Below, one piece after another: positions 63,395 through 64,000 of a DNA stretch of 64,000 nt. This stretch comes from Candidatus Poribacteria bacterium (lineage in GTDB: Bacteria > Poribacteria > WGA-4E > UBA9662). Below the pieces are notes generated by a model. It was not told the origin of the DNA. It was given only the letters and a program-made list of their open reading frames with translations, and searched no databases. Position numbers and translations under genes: made by a program. Every line of letters starts with the position of its first letter. The stretch's first letter is position 1. The stretch spans positions 1 through 64,000 of the forward strand of contig JAYGDX010000185.1 in assembly GCA_046582655.1 (NCBI GenBank), in the 5' to 3' direction.

Positions 63395-64000
63395 ATGGAA
63401 ATAAATTGGCAGCTGTTGATGCCATATCTGGTTATCATCGTAACCTTCATCGTTGTGTTGATATATGATATGATCGACAGCCTGTCGAAATGGGGACTGG
63501 CTTGGTTGACAATCCTTGGTTCTTTGGTTGCCTCTGTCGTATCGGTTAACATGCTAACCACTGGATTGGTTTCAACCACCGAGTTCTCCGGCATGATCAG
63601 GATTGATCAGTATTCTGTGTTCTTCAACTTGATCTTTTTTGTATCATTGATTTTGGTATCGCTCATTTCCATCAGTTACCTTGGAAGCCAAGACCCGCGT
63701 CAGGGACAATATTATTTGCTGATGCTTCTATCGACTTTTGGGATGATGTTGATGGCAGGAGCTAATGATCTTGTCATGGTTTTCTTAGGTTTGGAACTGA
63801 TGTCATTGCCCCTTTATGTGTTGGCGGGTTATTTCCGAACTAATTCGTACTCAAGCGAAGCTGGAATGAAGTATTTGCTACTGGGAGCGTTCTCCAGTTG
63901 CTTTTTTCTATATGGTATCGCCTTGATTTATGGAGGGACTGGAACTACTGAATTAACGGAAATTGCTTCCAGCCAGTTAACCAACAATATGCTGGTTGTT
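63395..64000 (+). CDS. nuoN: NADH-quinone oxidoreductase subunit N (5' part; runs off the window)
   Basis: Manual translation from ATG 63395: FLGLELMSLPLYVLAG...SEAGMKYLLLGAFSSCFFLYGIALIYG. Confidence 0.93.
   Translation, partial: MEINWQLLMPYLVIIVTFIVVLIYDMIDSLSKWGLAWLTILGSLVASVVSVNMLTTGLVSTTEFSGMIRIDQYSVFFNLIFFVSLILVSLISISYLGSQDPRQGQYYLLMLLSTFGMMLMAGANDLVMVFLGLELMSLPLYVLAGYFRTNSYSSEAGMKYLLLGAFSSCFFLYGIALIYGGTGTTELTEIASSQLTNNMLVV

Overview
Bacterial chromosomal segment. The FG-GAP protein ending in an 'NYPNPFNPETWIPF' domain, the repeated PhyH-type dioxygenases and Gfo/Idh/MocA oxidoreductases, and a planctomycete-style DUF1501/DUF1549 operon suggest Candidatus Poribacteria (inference). 1-20 kb is an accessory catabolic region full of frameshifted genes and collapsed gene remnants. 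20-28.5 kb holds intact core genes (glyA, folC, membrane pyrophosphatase, sucC-pgk-sucD). 28.8-36.9 kb is a minus-strand four-gene exported-protein operon. 37-46 kb has oxidoreductases and a 14-repeat FG-GAP protein, followed by murA-hisD and a complex I operon (nuoABCDEF-phyH-nuoG-H-J-K-L-M-antiporter-N, no nuoI, truncated by the window edge). Best lead: the cytochrome c/WD40 gene seems to end at a TGA, but that TGA sits exactly at the first Cys of a GMTCxxC heavy-metal-associated (HMA) motif. The frame continues for 57 codons completing the HMA domain, and a SECIS-like hairpin follows the TGA, so this is a candidate exported heme-WD40-HMA selenoprotein missed by the ORF track. No rRNA, tRNA, CRISPR array or transposase was recognised.
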